Shown in pieces: positions 60,387-64,000 of a stretch of DNA of 64,000 nt. Positions within the stretch are counted from its first letter, which is position 1, and every line of letters begins with the position of its first letter. The stretch is taken from assembly GCA_963716175.1 (NCBI GenBank), contig OY970296.1, positions 4,448,001 to 4,512,000 on the forward strand. Reading direction: 5' to 3'. Both the position numbers and the translations under genes were made by a program. The stretch is from an uncultured Armatimonadetes bacterium. GTDB taxonomy: Bacteria; Armatimonadota; Hebobacteria; Hebobacterales; Hebobacteraceae. The notes below the pieces were generated by a model that saw only the letters and a program-made list of their open reading frames with translations, was not told the origin of the DNA and ran no database searches.

Positions 60387-60876
60387 GAGGTGCAGCGGCC
60401 TCATCGCACCCCCTGGATCAGGGCCTTGTGCTCTGCCGGCGCGCACTTCTCCTGGCTGCGGTCAGCCGTCAGCTCTCAGCGCGTCGCGCTGTTCAGGCTC
60501 GCGCGGACTGCCTGCAACAGGTCTAGCGCCTTCGCCATTGCCAGGGCTAGCACCACCATGGGACAAGCGACCGGCGTCCGCTGTCACGCCTCATGGTGCC
60601 AAGTGTGCCTGTCAGCCGCCCGTGATGCCGCTGGCGTGGGCCTGGATCGGCGCATCTGGCTTCATCGTGGGTGCTCTCATCCCGCGCGGAGCGGGCCAAC
60701 GATCCCCACGGCAGAGGTCCTCACGGGCAGGTTGTCAAATAGCCACAGGAAGACCGGCACGTGCAGACGGCCTCTTTGTGCTATGCCGATCAGTGGGGCC
60801 GGTTATCCCATCACACATACCAGGCAAGCTCAGTTCCGACCTGGCCACCGGTCGCTATCGCGGAGGAGGTAGCCCT

Positions 60877-62026
60877 GTGCCAGCGCGCAAGTCATCACCC
60901 GCCCAGAAGTCTAGCGTGGTCTACTTCTCACCTGCCGGTGGGGGCGAGAAACGCGATCCCTACCGCGCCATCGACGCTCTTTTCCGCAAGGTGGTTTCGG
61001 AGAAGACTATAACCAAGGGCGACTACGTAGCGATCAAACTGCACTTCGGGGAAGCAGGCAACGTGCGGTATATACGGCCCACCTTTGCCGCGTCGACTGG
61101 CTGACCTCGTAAGGAAGGCGGGCGGCTTTCCTTACGCCACCGACAGCCTCACCCTGTACAGACATCAGCGCCACAATCTCTTCGCCCATCTTGATACCGC
61201 CGCGGACCACGGCTTCACCCGTGAGACCCTGGGCTGCCCTGTCCTCATCGCCGACGGCCTGCGCAGCAGTGGCGTCGAGGTCCAGGTCCCTGATGCCAAA
61301 GAGATACTGACGTGTACTGTTGCCCAGGCCGTATATGATGCCGACGTCCTCATCAACCTCGCCCACCTCACGCTCCATCCGGAGTTCCCCCTGGGTGCCG
61401 CACTCAAGAACTTGGGCATGGGCTGCGTCACTAGGCAGACTAAGTTGCGTCTTCACGGCAAGACTGTTAACCCCGTGTTCGATCCCGGCAGGTGCGTTCT
61501 TTGCGGCCGGTGCCTCCGCCTGTGCCCGGGCAATGCCTTTGCCCTCAAGCGACGCAAGGTTCGTTTCGATAAGAAGCTCTGCGTGAGCTGCGGCGACTGT
61601 TTCTCGTGGTGCGAGGGAGGCGCACTGGGAATCCCCTGGGGGGAGGAAAGCCAAATCGTCCAGCGCCGCACCTGTGAGGCCGCGCGAGGGGTCCTCTCCA
61701 CCTTCTCACCCGAGAAGGTGGCCCATTTCGTGATCGCCATGGACGTTACCCCGGGTTGCGACTGCTTCGGGGCCAGCGACCTACCCATCGTACCCGACAT
61801 CGGGATATTCGCCTCCACCAATCTCGTAGCGGTGGACATGGCCGCTCTCGACGCTATCCAGGCTGCGCCTGCCTATCCGGGGAGTCGGGTCGATGGCACC
61901 AGAGGGGGCATCCCTGGAGGGGATAAGATCGCAGAGGTCTGGCCTGCTCTTGACGTTGAGGTCTACCGGGGGATCCTGGCTGGATCAGGCCTAGGCAGCC
62001 TGCGCTATCAGTTGCGCCAGGTCTAG
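60877..62026 (+). CDS. DUF362 domain + 4Fe-4S ferredoxin protein; apparent +1 frameshift near 61088-61091
   Basis: GGAGGAGG RBS; VAIKLHFGE, IADGL, GAALKNLGMG, CxxCxxCxxxC x2 and CDC...D.PIVPDIG motifs. Confidence 0.88.
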
Positions 62027-62116
62027 ACGGCCATGGGTTGCAGTCGGCGAGCGGTGACTCCGCACATCGGAGTTCGAGCTGGCCCCGGCTGGTCCGGGGC
62101 GAGGAGGCGCGCGAGC

Positions 62117-64000
62117 ATGCGGAGCTTCGGTTCAGCGGGTTGGGCGAGGCTCCCAGTGGCGCTGCTGATCGGCCTGTACGCAACCCCGGCATCCCCCGCT
62201 GCCACTCAGGGAGCGACCAGCGAGGCCATCATCAGGGTTGACGTCTCTCATCCCCTCCGCAGCATCAGCCCGACCCTGTGGGGGATCTTCTTCGAGGACA
62301 TCAGCCACGCCGCCGACGGTGGTCTCTATGCGGAGCTCGTGCGGAACCGGTCCTTCGAGGACGGCCCGCGACGCGATCACTGGTTTCTGGTGACCAGCCC
62401 GGGCGCCAAGGGGAGCATCTCCATTGACTCCTCTCGCCCCCTCAATAGTGCGAACCGAAGGGGCTTGCGTCTTCGCATCATCGATCCGAAGAAGGGCCGA
62501 GTCGGTCTCGGGAACAGCGGCTACTGGGGCATCGCTGCGAAGAAGGAGGCGCGCTACCTGCTGTCTCTCTACGCGCGGGGCGGAGACGGGTTCAGAGGCC
62601 CGCTGGTGGTGACCTTGGAGGGCGCGGGCGGCACTGTCTACGCGCGGGCTCAGCTCGCCGGGATCGCCAAGGAGTGGCGACGCTTCACCTGCCGCCTCAC
62701 CCCGGACCAGTCAGATCCATCGGCCCGGCTCGTGATCGCGGCCTCTTCTCCAGGCACGGTCTGGCTGGACCTGGTGTCGCTCTTCCCCGAGGATACCTTC
62801 CTGCGCCGTCTCAATGGCCTTCGTGCCGACCTGGCTCAGATGCTGGCCGATCTCAAGCCCTCTGCCGTGCGCTTCCCGGGAGGCTGCTACGTGGAGGGCG
62901 ACTCCCCCCCCAACGCCTATCGCTGGAAGCGCACGGTCGGCGATGTCGCCGCGCGAGAGGAGCACTGGAACCTCTGGGGGTACCGCACCACCAATGGGCT
63001 CGGCTACCACGAGTACCTCCAGTTGTGCGAGGACCTGGGGGCCGAGCCGGTTCCGGTCATCAACTGTGGCATGACTCACGGCGGCTTCGTTCCCCTAGCA
63101 CAGATGGGCGCGTGGGTGCAAGACGCGCTGGATGCCATCGAGTACGCGAACGGCCCGGTTACCAGTCGCTGGGGAGGGCTGCGCGCCCAGCACGGCCATC
63201 CGGCCCCATTCAACCTCAAGTACATCGAGATCGGCAACGAGAACTACGGGCCCGAGTACGACCGGCGGTACCCTCTCTTCCACGAGGCGATCCGAGCGCG
63301 CTATCCGAACATCAAGATCATCGCAAGTCAGCCCGTTGCCGGTTACCGGGCTGATCTTCTCGCTACCCACCTGTATATGGGTCCTGACTGGTTCTACACG
63401 CGGGCGCATGTGTATGACAGTCGAGATCGCGCCGAGCCCGCGCTGTCGCTGAACGAGTACGCCTGCACCCACAGTTGCGGCCGCGGCAACCTGCGCGCGG
63501 CCCTCGCCGAGGCCGCCTTCATGACAGGCCTCGAACGAAACTCAGATGTGGTGCAGATGGCTGCCTATGCCCCCCTCTTCGCCAACGCTAACCGGCCCTG
63601 CTGGAACCCCAACCTCATTTGGTTCGATAGCGCCCGTGCCTACGGCACCCCCTCCTACTACGCCCAGCAGCTCTTCAGTCGGAACCGGGGGGATGTCGCC
63701 CTACCCGTCTCAATGGCCCTTAGATACGATGCGCAGCCGCCCCGGGGCCGGATCGGCGTCGGCACCTGGAAGACGCAGGCCGAGTTCGCGGACGTGCGCG
63801 TCACCCACGACGGCCGCACGCTCTCGGCAGCCGACTTCGCGGCCTGGCGTGGAGTACACGGCACCTGGACGACAGAGGAGGGTGTATACCGCCAGACGAG
63901 CTTCGACGAGTCCTGCTTTGCGGTTGCGGGTGACCCTACGTGGTCGGACTACACGCTGACGCTCCGTGCTCGCAAGCTGGCCGGTGCGGAGGGCTTCCTT
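62117..64000 (+). CDS. Secreted GH51 alpha-L-arabinofuranosidase, 3'-partial
   Basis: GAGGAGG RBS; GIFFEDISHAADGGLYAELVRNRSFE, RFPGGC, EIGNE and ERNSDVV.MAAYAPL motifs; runs off the window end. Confidence 0.92.
   Translation, partial: MRSFGSAGWARLPVALLIGLYATPASPAATQGATSEAIIRVDVSHPLRSISPTLWGIFFEDISHAADGGLYAELVRNRSFEDGPRRDHWFLVTSPGAKGSISIDSSRPLNSANRRGLRLRIIDPKKGRVGLGNSGYWGIAAKKEARYLLSLYARGGDGFRGPLVVTLEGAGGTVYARAQLAGIAKEWRRFTCRLTPDQSDPSARLVIAASSPGTVWLDLVSLFPEDTFLRRLNGLRADLAQMLADLKPSAVRFPGGCYVEGDSPPNAYRWKRTVGDVAAREEHWNLWGYRTTNGLGYHEYLQLCEDLGAEPVPVINCGMTHGGFVPLAQMGAWVQDALDAIEYANGPVTSRWGGLRAQHGHPAPFNLKYIEIGNENYGPEYDRRYPLFHEAIRARYPNIKIIASQPVAGYRADLLATHLYMGPDWFYTRAHVYDSRDRAEPALSLNEYACTHSCGRGNLRAALAEAAFMTGLERNSDVVQMAAYAPLFANANRPCWNPNLIWFDSARAYGTPSYYAQQLFSRNRGDVALPVSMALRYDAQPPRGRIGVGTWKTQAEFADVRVTHDGRTLSAADFAAWRGVHGTWTTEEGVYRQTSFDESCFAVAGDPTWSDYTLTLRARKLAGAEGFL

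Overview
GC-rich bacterial chromosome segment. The gene content (DUF6785-type membrane protein, many secreted CAZymes) suggests Armatimonadota or a similar lineage; this is inference only. Left to right: a glycan-degradation cluster (about 1-10.7 kb); a complete Kdp K+ uptake locus with split KdpD, a KdpE-box-like site and two small peptides missing from the ORF track (10.9-19.6 kb); a 5'-truncated RND pump; a CE4 deacetylase-heparinase II/III fusion; an MBOAT/SGNH/FGE-like/sulfatase cluster; housekeeping genes (xerD, cysK, rfbB, hflX, dapL, dapF, miaA, mutL) with an orphan DNA methyltransferase; a decayed integrase-associated region (55.6-60.9 kb); a DUF362 gene; and a GH51 gene running off the end. 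The strongest unexplained signal is two families of fixed-length non-coding elements (98 nt x3; 126 nt x2). Both ends of each element fold into hairpins, each copy is flanked by a 2-bp TA/TT duplication (mostly in C-TW-G), one site carries both families stacked, and two copies sit in TAG stop codons. mutL also carries an in-frame insert of about 102 nt made of four small hairpins. Eight apparent frameshifts in seven genes, mostly in homopolymer runs, look like assembly errors. No rRNA, tRNA or CRISPR array was seen.
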